DNA of 64,000 nucleotides. Origin: Porticoccaceae bacterium (GTDB taxonomy: Bacteria; Pseudomonadota; Gammaproteobacteria; Pseudomonadales; Porticoccaceae). Shown here piece after piece: positions 9,558 to 18,021 of the stretch; position 1 is the first letter of the stretch; every line of letters begins with the position of its first letter. The notes under the pieces are model-generated. The model searched no databases, had not been told where the DNA came from, and was given only the letters and a program-made list of their open reading frames with translations. Both the position numbers and the translations under genes were made by a program. The stretch lies in NCBI GenBank assembly GCA_028280905.1, contig JANQKW010000331.1:2000-65999 (forward strand), in the 5' to 3' direction.

Positions 9558-10316
9558 TCAGCCGGTCATCGCGCCGTCAATGCGAACCGTGGTTCCGGTG
9601 ACATAGGGGCTGGCGTCGGACAATAAAAAACAAATCAACTCGGCGGCTTCCCTGGGGTCGCCCAAACGGGCAGCGGGTACTCGTTCCTTAACCCTTTTGA
9701 TGGATTCCGGCGTTGCAAATTTATCCTGAAACGGCGTGTCAAACGGTCCCGGCGAGACGGCGTTAACACGAATTCCCTGCGCGGCAAATTCGCGACCCAT
9801 CCCAATGGTCAGGCTCAGTATGCCTCCCTTGGCCGCCGCATAGTGTACTGAATGGCCGGGGTTGCCCAGGTACGCAGCAACCGAGGCGATATTGACGATG
9901 CTGCCTTTACCCCGTTCGAGCATAAATTTCACCGCTTCCCGGGCACAGAGGAAGGTGCCGCGCAGATTCTGCGCCATGCAGGACTCCCAGGTTTCAAGGG
10001 TGCAGTCGACAAAGCTGTTTCTGCAAACCGGCCCGCCCGCTGCGTTGAGCAGCATATCGATACGACCATAGGTATCCTGGGCCTTTTTCACCATGCTAAC
10101 CACCTGATCTTCGTTGGTAACATCGGTGTGTACGAACAGCGCCTGAGTTCCGCAGGCTTCAATCTCCGCCGCGGTTTCAGGGCCGCGCGTTGCGTCAAAA
10201 TCGGCCACGACAATAGCCCGGGCGCCGCGTTCTGCGAGCAGTACCGCCGTCTCTCGCCCAATGCCGCTGGCGCCGCCGCTGATAATTGCAACCTGATCGG
10301 TAAAATTGTGAGTCAT
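9558..10316 (-). CDS. Short-chain dehydrogenase/reductase (SDR)
   Basis: Start moved to the internal ATG (MTHNFTDQVAIISGGASGIGR). Has the YAAAK catalytic motif. Last gene of the minus-strand operon. Confidence 0.85.
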   Translation of the reverse strand: MTHNFTDQVAIISGGASGIGRETAVLLAERGARAIVVADFDATRGPETAAEIEACGTQALFVHTDVTNEDQVVSMVKKAQDTYGRIDMLLNAAGGPVCRNSFVDCTLETWESCMAQNLRGTFLCAREAVKFMLERGKGSIVNIASVAAYLGNPGHSVHYAAAKGGILSLTIGMGREFAAQGIRVNAVSPGPFDTPFQDKFATPESIKRVKERVPAARLGDPREAAELICFLLSDASPYVTGTTVRIDGAMTG

Positions 10317-10385
10317 AAAATACCTGTATTCTTTGTTGGGTGTATTGTTGTTGCCCGCGTGGCTCCGGGGCGCTGCTGCGCCCAC

Positions 10386-12695
10386 CTATATTTTTAAGGC
10401 TTCACCGGCTGCTCTGGCCGCAGCTATTTTTTTGCGGACATTTGGAGGTGACAAGGGCAGGTCGTCAAACCACAAACCCGTGGCATCTCTCACGGCATTT
10501 GCCACCGCCCCGACAGACGGCACGATAGAAATTTCGCCGACCCCTCGCACGCCAAACGGGTGCAGCGGATTTGGAACCTCGACTATTTCGGTTTCAATCA
10601 TCGGCAGGTCGGAGGCAACCGGTACACGGTAATCCAGGAAGCCGGGATTCTGCATCCTGCCATCATCGCCGTAGACATACTCTTCGTTCAGTGCCCAGCC
10701 AATGCCCTGAGTAGCGCCCCCCTGCATTTGCCCCTCGACATAATCGGGATGAACGGCGGTGCCGGCATCGGCAAACGTTGTGTAGCGGACAATCGAGACT
10801 CTGCCCGTTTCGGAATCGACTTCAACATCGACCAGATGGGCGCCGAAGGTTGGACCGTAGCCGGCGCCGTCCGTGGTGGTGGCGCTGGTAATGGGACCGC
10901 CGGTAGAGGCAAATCTGCCGGCGATGTCGGCCAGCGACATAGGTTCCTGATCGCCCGCATTAGAACTCGCCGGACGGACATAGCCATCTTCGTAGATTAC
11001 GGCATCTTCGGGAATATCCCAGATTTTTGCGGCCCGCTGGCAGACGTCTTTAATGATGCTCTGCGTCGCCTTGAACGTCGCGACACCGTTTGCATAGGCC
11101 GTGCGACTGCCCGCGGTAACGAAATTGAAGCCCAGCTGGCCGGTATCTCCTATCATCGGATTGACTTTCTCATAATCTATGCCCATGGACTCTGCCGCCA
11201 TAAGCGCGAGAGACGCCCGAACACCGCCGATATCCGGTGTGCCGGCATTTACGCTCAGCGTGCCGTCTTCGTTCAGGGCGGCGCTAACGGATGTTTGGCC
11301 CCCTAAACATTTCCAGAACGCCGTAGCCAGTCCCCGCCCCTGGTTGGGGCCAATCGGTGAGTTCCAATGATCTGATTTTTTAATCGCTTCGAGCGTTTCG
11401 AGATACCCAATGGGCCCGTAATGGAGTCCGTGTAAGGCAGTATCTCCCTCCTTGACGCCGTTCTTGAGCCGCAATTCGATTTCGTCCATGCCAAGTTTTT
11501 GTGCTACTTCGGTTATTACGCTTTCTACGGCGTAGCAGGCGATTGGTCCGCCCGGCGCTCGGTAGGGAGACACACTGGGCCGGTTTGACACAACGTCCAT
11601 ACCCACAACACGTTGGTTTTCGATAGTGTAGTGAGCAAAGGAAATAGTAACGGCGTTCATGACCGGTGAGCCGGGAAATGCGCCCGCCTGGAAAATGAAT
11701 TCAGCGTTAGCGGCCACCAGAGTTCCATCGTTTTTTGCGCCAATCTTTATTCTGTTAACGCTACCGGAAGTCGGCCCGGTAGTTCTGAACACCTCATCGC
11801 GGTTCATGACCATTTTCACCGGGCGCCGGGCTTTCTGTGATAGTTTCAAGGCGACCGGTTCTTCATACACCGGGATTTTACCGCCGAAACCACCTCCGAT
11901 TTCTGTCGGAATAACGCGCAGCTGCGAAATATCCCAGCCCAGGACGTGAGCGCAGTAGGCTCGCGCTACCCATTGCCCCTGGGTCGTGGTCCAGAGCTCT
12001 GCTTTACCGTCTTCCTGGACGTTGGCGACGCAGGCGTGGGGCTCAATATAACCCTGGTGGACGGGTTTGGTTCTCAGCTCCCGCTCGACAATGATGTCGG
12101 CTTCCGCAAAGCCTTTCTCCATGTCGCCGCGACTGTTTTCTAAACGCAACGCCATATTGGACGGTTCAGTGGGGCGGGGTTTCACGCCCATGGTACGCAG
12201 ATTGTCATGCAACAGGGGTGCATCCGGTTTGAGAGCGTCAATTGGATCCAGCACGTGCGGCAAGATCTCGTACTCAACCTCAATCAACTTTAGCGCCGCC
12301 GTGGCAATGGATTTTTCCGTCGCCGCGACGGCGGCCACCGGGTGGCCTTCGTACAGCACCTTTTCCCGCGCCATGATGTTCCTGGAGAAATAGTAGAGAT
12401 TCACCACCATATCGCCAATCGCCGTAGCTTTTGACGGCAGGTCGGGGAAGTCGGCGGCCGTCACTACCGCCTTGACGCCGGGCAGCGCTTCGGCCCTGGA
12501 CGTATCGATACCAATAATTCGCGCATGGGGATGTGGCGAGTGAAGCGCTTTGCCCCATAATTGGCCGGACAGATTATAGTCGGCACCGAAGCGGGCGCGC
12601 CCCGTCACCTTGTCAACCCCGTCGGGGCGAACCGGTCGCTTTCCGACCCATTTATATTGCTTTGCTGCGGACGACTGCTCGTCTTTTTCTTGCAT
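10386..12695 (-). CDS. Xanthine dehydrogenase/aldehyde oxidase-family molybdopterin-binding large subunit (no Fe-S or FAD partner nearby)
   Basis: 769 aa. The N-terminus KWVGKRPVRPDGVDKVTGRARFGADY is typical of CoxL/XdhB-like large subunits. Start set at ATG 12695, which has AGGAG 11 nt upstream. Confidence 0.85.
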   Translation of the reverse strand: MQEKDEQSSAAKQYKWVGKRPVRPDGVDKVTGRARFGADYNLSGQLWGKALHSPHPHARIIGIDTSRAEALPGVKAVVTAADFPDLPSKATAIGDMVVNLYYFSRNIMAREKVLYEGHPVAAVAATEKSIATAALKLIEVEYEILPHVLDPIDALKPDAPLLHDNLRTMGVKPRPTEPSNMALRLENSRGDMEKGFAEADIIVERELRTKPVHQGYIEPHACVANVQEDGKAELWTTTQGQWVARAYCAHVLGWDISQLRVIPTEIGGGFGGKIPVYEEPVALKLSQKARRPVKMVMNRDEVFRTTGPTSGSVNRIKIGAKNDGTLVAANAEFIFQAGAFPGSPVMNAVTISFAHYTIENQRVVGMDVVSNRPSVSPYRAPGGPIACYAVESVITEVAQKLGMDEIELRLKNGVKEGDTALHGLHYGPIGYLETLEAIKKSDHWNSPIGPNQGRGLATAFWKCLGGQTSVSAALNEDGTLSVNAGTPDIGGVRASLALMAAESMGIDYEKVNPMIGDTGQLGFNFVTAGSRTAYANGVATFKATQSIIKDVCQRAAKIWDIPEDAVIYEDGYVRPASSNAGDQEPMSLADIAGRFASTGGPITSATTTDGAGYGPTFGAHLVDVEVDSETGRVSIVRYTTFADAGTAVHPDYVEGQMQGGATQGIGWALNEEYVYGDDGRMQNPGFLDYRVPVASDLPMIETEIVEVPNPLHPFGVRGVGEISIVPSVGAVANAVRDATGLWFDDLPLSPPNVRKKIAAARAAGEALKI

Positions 12696-12736
12696 ACGCC
12701 TTTTAACTCCTATCAAACAAACTCCGGCGGTCGCAG

Positions 12737-13531
12737 TTATCTCCCCTTATAGACGGGATCGCGCTTTTCGGCGAAAGCCTTTGGCCCCTCTTTGGCATCT
12801 TCGGTTTGACCGATAGCCCAACGCAGCGCGCCCCCCAGCCTCATTGACTGATCAAATGTCATGTCCAGGGAAGCCTGGGTTACCTCCTTGGCGGCGCGAA
12901 CCGCAAGCGGCGCATGTCCGGCAATGCGCGCGGCTATTTTCATAGCCGTAGGCATCAATTCTTGTTGCTCAACGATGCGGCTGACCAGGCCTGAACGTTG
13001 AGCGATTTCCGCGTCGACGCGGTCGCCGGTCAGCACCATCTCCATGGCGATCGATTGCGGAACATATCTCGCCAGTCGCTGTGGACCACCGCCGCCCGGA
13101 AAGAATCCGCGAGTGATTTCCGGCAGGCCAAACTTCGCTTGAGGCGTGCATATTCTGATGTCGCAGATGAGTGAAATTTCAAAACCTGCGGCCAGCGCGT
13201 ATCCATCCACCGCGGCGATCAACGGCTTTTCAAGTTTCATCGACCACCATTGCGATGACAGATCAGCCTCAATAACGGTGGCTGCCGTTTTGTCCAGCCC
13301 CCGTCCACCACCTGCGGATGCGCGCTCCTTGAGGTCTGCGCCGGCACAGAACTCTCCACCTGAGCCGGTGATTACACCAACCCGAATATCATTGTCCTCT
13401 CGGATTCGGTGAAGGCAGTCCATAAAATCGCGATACATATCCCGCGTCATCGCGTTTTTCTGGGCGGGTCGGTTTAGCGTGATCACGGCGATTTTGTCTT
13501 TGATTTCGAATAACAGGTTCTCGCTGCTCAA
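12737..13531 (-). CDS. Enoyl-CoA hydratase/isomerase (crotonase) family
   Basis: AVITLNRPAQKNAM, FCAGADLKE, DGYALAAGFE. TTG start with GGAGAAG upstream. Confidence 0.85.
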   Translation of the reverse strand: MSSENLLFEIKDKIAVITLNRPAQKNAMTRDMYRDFMDCLHRIREDNDIRVGVITGSGGEFCAGADLKERASAGGGRGLDKTAATVIEADLSSQWWSMKLEKPLIAAVDGYALAAGFEISLICDIRICTPQAKFGLPEITRGFFPGGGGPQRLARYVPQSIAMEMVLTGDRVDAEIAQRSGLVSRIVEQQELMPTAMKIAARIAGHAPLAVRAAKEVTQASLDMTFDQSMRLGGALRWAIGQTEDAKEGPKAFAEKRDPVYKGR

Positions 13532-13589
13532 TGTCTTCTCCTTGTTGAGGGCGCTATATCAAGGCTATGCTAATTGTCTAACCATTTAC

Positions 13590-13604
13590 GCAAAATACAT
13601 ACCA
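13590..13604 (-). promoter_or_regulatory. Candidate sigma-54 -24/-12 promoter for the crotonase-Mo subunit-SDR operon
   Basis: Minus strand reads TGGTATGTATTTTGC, ~60 nt upstream of start 13531. Identical to the element at 13936..13950. Confidence 0.65.
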
Positions 13605-13935
13605 GAGTTGACTTGCCTGGTTTGACCATATCTGGCAATACCACGGATGCTGACAGTGTCTTCAATGTAGGCACTTTCGATGGTAAGTGTCTTTTTTGCA
13701 AACGAAAAACGCTTAAATTCCTGTCGGGGCATTGAGATTGGCGGACAGTTCTGTACCTCCCATGGGTGTATGGAAATAATGGATCATTGCGTTCGGTTTA
13801 GCCAGTGGCACCCTGGATTATCATTGCGGGTACAATCTGGAAATATGGGGCCGGCTCACAACCGTTCCCGGTCCTACAGGATTATTAGACTAATTAATGC
13901 CTTAGACAGCCGCGGTGGCGTTGAGGGATGATTAT

Positions 13936-13950
13936 TGGTATGTATTTTGC
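13936..13950 (+). promoter_or_regulatory. Candidate sigma-54 -24/-12 promoter for the TRAP-SBP/PrpD/CoA-transferase operon
   Basis: TGGTATGTATTTTGC, ~120 nt upstream of ATG 14070. Divergent partner of 13590..13604. Confidence 0.65.
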
Positions 13951-14069
13951 TGCATCACACAGGTATAAGCGGCAAAAATAGGTATGTAGGTATAGCGCAA
14001 CATGGACTCCAATTTTGAATCCGGCATACTCAGCCGGATGAAACCCAGCAGGCGTGTAAACAGGTGAAT

Positions 14070-15197
14070 ATGAGGGTAACCAGCCTGGTTTGTTTTGTAG
14101 GTCTTCTAGGTTGTGGTATTTGGTTTACTTACCTTGCGATTCAGCCGCAGCAGGGTCAATTCGGCGTCAACCAACCGGCCGAGTTTAATATTTTATTTGC
14201 CGAGACTGCCGCGTCTCGCGGGCCTCGCAGCAAGGCGTTAAAGTGGTGGGCGCAAGAGCTTCAAAGGCGTTCGCAAGGGCGCATATCGGTAGAAATTTTC
14301 TGGGGAGGGTCGTTGGTAAGGGGGCCCGAAGTACTCCGTGCAACGGGTGCCGGAATGGCTGACGCGGGAACAATAGTCGGGCTTTTTAATCCGGCCGATT
14401 TGCCCATTTGGATGGTTTCCAATACCCCGTTTATGTTCACGGATACCTGGGTTGGGATGCGCACCATGATGGCTGCGCTCAACCAGATTCCGGAAATGGT
14501 CGAGGAAATCGAGAGAAATAATATCAAAATTCTGGCTAACAACAGCACCGGGCCGGTGCAATTATTGAGCGCAAAAAAGCCAATTGTCAAAGCTGAGGAT
14601 ATAAGGGGTATGAAAATTAATACCGCCGGTGGCTGGACGACCCTGTTGAAATCTCTGGGTGCTGTTCCTGTTACGGTTGATGGTACAGAGAGCTACCCCG
14701 CACTTGAACGCGGAACTGTCGACGCGACGCTTCATTACATACCGCTAGTAAAGACATATAAGCTCTACGAAGTAGCCAGGTATTTGGCTGAAGTCAACAT
14801 GGGGCAAACCCTGGGCTACGGTATCTGTATTAATCGGGATCTTTTCGAATCTATGCCCGGGGACTTGCAGGAGATAATGGTACAAACCAGTCAGGATTAC
14901 ATGGATGTCTATGCGCGATTTTCTATTGAAGAAATGAAATCAGCGCGTACTGATTTGGTGGCAGGCATCGACGGTTACAAGATGGAAATCAATCAACTGG
15001 CGCCGGAGGAACACAGCAAGTTTGTGGAGGCCGCACAACCGATTATAGAGGGATGGCTGGCTGATATGGCCGAGCGCGGCCTGGACGGACAACGTATTCT
15101 TGCAGACATCAAAGCGCTGCAAGCGCATTATCAGCAGGAATTGAAAGACAAGGGATATCCGTGGGAGCGGCAGGGTTGGTCAGACACAAAACACTAA
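14070..15197 (+). CDS. TRAP transporter solute-binding protein (DctP family)
   Basis: N-terminal hydrophobic signal/anchor. ...KALKWWAQELQRRSQGRISVEIFWGGSLVRGPEVLRATGAGMADAG is the typical DctP-family pattern. The start could be GTG 14064 or ATG 14070. Confidence 0.75.
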   Translation: MRVTSLVCFVGLLGCGIWFTYLAIQPQQGQFGVNQPAEFNILFAETAASRGPRSKALKWWAQELQRRSQGRISVEIFWGGSLVRGPEVLRATGAGMADAGTIVGLFNPADLPIWMVSNTPFMFTDTWVGMRTMMAALNQIPEMVEEIERNNIKILANNSTGPVQLLSAKKPIVKAEDIRGMKINTAGGWTTLLKSLGAVPVTVDGTESYPALERGTVDATLHYIPLVKTYKLYEVARYLAEVNMGQTLGYGICINRDLFESMPGDLQEIMVQTSQDYMDVYARFSIEEMKSARTDLVAGIDGYKMEINQLAPEEHSKFVEAAQPIIEGWLADMAERGLDGQRILADIKALQAHYQQELKDKGYPWERQGWSDTKH

Positions 15198-15260
15198 TCA
15201 GTAGCATTTCAAAAGTCGAGGCGTTTGACCGTGCCGGGTTTACCAAATCAGGAGAGTAGA

Positions 15261-16658
15261 ATGAATGATGTCGCTATCAGCAGCTTGTCGCTGGCGGAGG
15301 AAATGGTTGCGCTTAACGCCGACGCCCTGTCGCCTGATGACCTGGCGCAATTACAGAACCTGTTGCTCGATTATGCTGCGGTGGCATTGTGTGGGTCAAT
15401 GCAACCCTGGGGGCAAAAACTGACTTGCTGGGCATCCCGGCACGGCGCCCATGGCGATGTTCGTCTGATAGGCAGCGGTCAAACAGCGGGTGCCGCCACC
15501 GCCGGGCTGGTAAACGGCACCTCAGCGCATGGCTATGAAGTCGATGACACCCACGAATTGTCCTTGACACACCCGGGCGCGGTAGTGATAAGCGCAGCCC
15601 TGGCGGTGGCAACCGAACAGGGATCGAGTGGCCGTGAAGCCCTGTCTGCTATGGCCGCCGGATATGAGGTAATGACCCGGCTGGGGCTGGCTGCACATTC
15701 TCGCGATTTGGTTGACCGGGGTTTCCACGTCACTTGCCTATACGGAACCTTCGCCGCGGCCACCGCGGCGGCCAAGCTGATGGGGCTTGATGCAAACGCG
15801 ATGGCTCGAGCATGGGGGCTGGCGCTGTCCATGACCGGTGGCGCATCCCAGTTTGCTTTCGAGCCTGAGGGCACCATGGTCAAACGTATGCATGGCGGTA
15901 TCCCGGCGCATAACGGTATTGTTGCGGCCCAACTAGCATCCCTGGGGATGACCGCGCCGGTGCGCGCCTTTGAAGGTGAATTCGGGTTTTTGCATCTCTA
16001 TGGCGCTGACACTGATCCGGAGCGGCTTTTCAAGGCAAAGGGAACGCCGCTGGAGATTCACCAGATGAGCCTGAAACCCTACGCCTGCTGCCGGAAATTT
16101 CATTCGCTTATAGACGCTTTGGAGCAGGCGACCGGGGGGTTCAGTTTGTCGCTCGACAACATTGCGGCGATCGAAGTGCATACCCCACAGAATTCGATTA
16201 CCAAACATCAGATGCGCAGGCCGGAATCCGTAATGGCCGCGCAATATTCGATGCCGTATATTGCGGGCGCGACGCTTGCCTACGGCCCCAACCGATTTGA
16301 CGCCTATGAAGAAGCGTATCACCGCGACGCGAAAATTCTCAGGGTGATTGACAAGGTCACGGCGCACCGCGATGAAAATTTAGAACAGCAAGCGCCCGGT
16401 CGCATGTCGGCCCGGGTGGTATTGCGCCTTGAGAGCGGTGATGTGCGGGAAGCTAAGGTGATAGAGGCGTTGGGCTCGCCCGCGCGACCTCTCGACAGAC
16501 AGCGCATTTTGGCCAAAGCCCGGGCGCTGTTGGCGATGGTCGCTCCATCGGTGGATATTGACGCTATAGCAGCGGCCGTCGATGGCTTAACCGATGCAGA
16601 CACGGTCACGTTATTGACGGAAAAACTTGTTGTGCCGGGATACCGGATTAATTCATAA
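15261..16658 (+). CDS. MmgE/PrpD-family protein (2-methylcitrate dehydratase-like)
   Basis: 465 aa from ATG 15261 (AGGAGA upstream). LLDYAAVALCGS...GSGQTAGAATAGLVNGTSAHGYEVDD is the typical PrpD-family N-domain. Confidence 0.8.
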   Translation: MNDVAISSLSLAEEMVALNADALSPDDLAQLQNLLLDYAAVALCGSMQPWGQKLTCWASRHGAHGDVRLIGSGQTAGAATAGLVNGTSAHGYEVDDTHELSLTHPGAVVISAALAVATEQGSSGREALSAMAAGYEVMTRLGLAAHSRDLVDRGFHVTCLYGTFAAATAAAKLMGLDANAMARAWGLALSMTGGASQFAFEPEGTMVKRMHGGIPAHNGIVAAQLASLGMTAPVRAFEGEFGFLHLYGADTDPERLFKAKGTPLEIHQMSLKPYACCRKFHSLIDALEQATGGFSLSLDNIAAIEVHTPQNSITKHQMRRPESVMAAQYSMPYIAGATLAYGPNRFDAYEEAYHRDAKILRVIDKVTAHRDENLEQQAPGRMSARVVLRLESGDVREAKVIEALGSPARPLDRQRILAKARALLAMVAPSVDIDAIAAAVDGLTDADTVTLLTEKLVVPGYRINS

Positions 16659-16687
16659 AGATGGGCATAGATAGTAAGAGGTTATAG

Positions 16688-17848
16688 ATGAAAGGGCCAC
16701 TTGACGGATATCGCATACTCGATTTAACCGCTTTTATTTCGGGACCTTACGGAAGTCAGCTACTGGGAGATCTGGGCGCCGATGTCATTAAGGTGGAGCC
16801 GCCCAGAGGGGATGAAACTCGAGAGAAGGGCACCAGTCCCTCGCAAAATATGGGCCCGGGCTTCATGAACCTGAACCGCAACAAGCGCAGTATTACCATG
16901 AACTTAAAGGATCCGGCCGACCGGGAAAAGTTCTATGCGTTAGTCGATTCAGCGGACGTGTTGTTTCACAATATGCGGCCGGAGGCGATGGCCCGCCTCG
17001 GTGTTTCCTATCAGGATCTGATCAAGATTCGCGGGGATATTATTTACTGCCAGATCGTCGGCTTTAATTCCGATGGGCCTTATGGCGGTCGTCCGGCCTT
17101 TGAGGACGTGATTCAGGGAGTTTCAGCCTATACGGCGTTGCAGGGCAAAGCCAGCGGCGAGCCCGCCTATGCGGCTTTCGCGATGATGGATACGATTGCC
17201 GGCGTATTCGCCGCCAAAAGTATCATCGCTGCATTGCTGCATCGTGAGCGCACCGGCGAAGGCCAGCAAATTGAAGTGCCGATGTTGGAAACAGGGCTGG
17301 CTTTTTACATGCCCTCCAATATGTGGGATCGCACTTATCAGCCTGACGGGGAGCTGGGTTATCCCCGTTACCTGACGCCCAGCCGCAAGCCGTTCAAAAC
17401 CAAAGACGGCTATATCTGCACTGTCTTCTCGGGTGAACGGCAGTTTAAAGCCTTTTTCCGTGCAGGGGGCCGTCCGGAACTTATCGAAGATCCCAGGTTT
17501 GCCACCAATAAAGCCAGGTCAATTAATTCCGATGAGCTGTGGTCGGTGGTCGGCGAGATTTTTGCGGGCAAGACGACTGCGGAGTGGGTAGCCGTAATGG
17601 CTGAGGCCGATCTGCCGGGTATGCCGATGAATCAGATGCAGGATTTATTTACCGATACGCATCTGACTGAGGTGGGGTTTTTCAGGGATATGCAACACCC
17701 CACGGAAGGGCCGGTAAAACTGTTGGCAACGCCGATTAAGTTCTCCAGGTCTCCCACGGCAATTCATCGCATGCCGCCCCGCCTTGGCGAGCACAACGAG
17801 GAAGTGTTGGGACCATTGGACAAAGGAACCGGCGACAACCCGGCTTGA
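16688..17848 (+). CDS. Family III (CaiB/BaiF) CoA-transferase
   Basis: GYRILDLTAFISGPYGSQLLGDLGADVIKVEPP...NRNKRS is the hallmark N-terminus of the family. Confidence 0.9.
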   Translation: MKGPLDGYRILDLTAFISGPYGSQLLGDLGADVIKVEPPRGDETREKGTSPSQNMGPGFMNLNRNKRSITMNLKDPADREKFYALVDSADVLFHNMRPEAMARLGVSYQDLIKIRGDIIYCQIVGFNSDGPYGGRPAFEDVIQGVSAYTALQGKASGEPAYAAFAMMDTIAGVFAAKSIIAALLHRERTGEGQQIEVPMLETGLAFYMPSNMWDRTYQPDGELGYPRYLTPSRKPFKTKDGYICTVFSGERQFKAFFRAGGRPELIEDPRFATNKARSINSDELWSVVGEIFAGKTTAEWVAVMAEADLPGMPMNQMQDLFTDTHLTEVGFFRDMQHPTEGPVKLLATPIKFSRSPTAIHRMPPRLGEHNEEVLGPLDKGTGDNPA

Positions 17849-17950
17849 TTATGTGCCCGGTGTAGACAATTTTCATAGGCAATGTTTGTCCCTTGGACAT
17901 AGATCCCGATCATTGAGCGGTTTTACGTCGAGTGACCCCGCTGTTCCGCT

Positions 17951-17965
17951 TGGTATGCTTCTTGC
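17951..17965 (+). promoter_or_regulatory. Candidate sigma-54 -24/-12 promoter for hydantoinase A/B genes
   Basis: TGGTATGCTTCTTGC in the 173-bp gap, ~55 nt upstream of start 18022. Confidence 0.6.
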
Positions 17966-18021
17966 GCGTTGATGGATAAGAGCTGGATGCAGCCAATTAG
18001 TAATTACAGGAGACAGACTAA

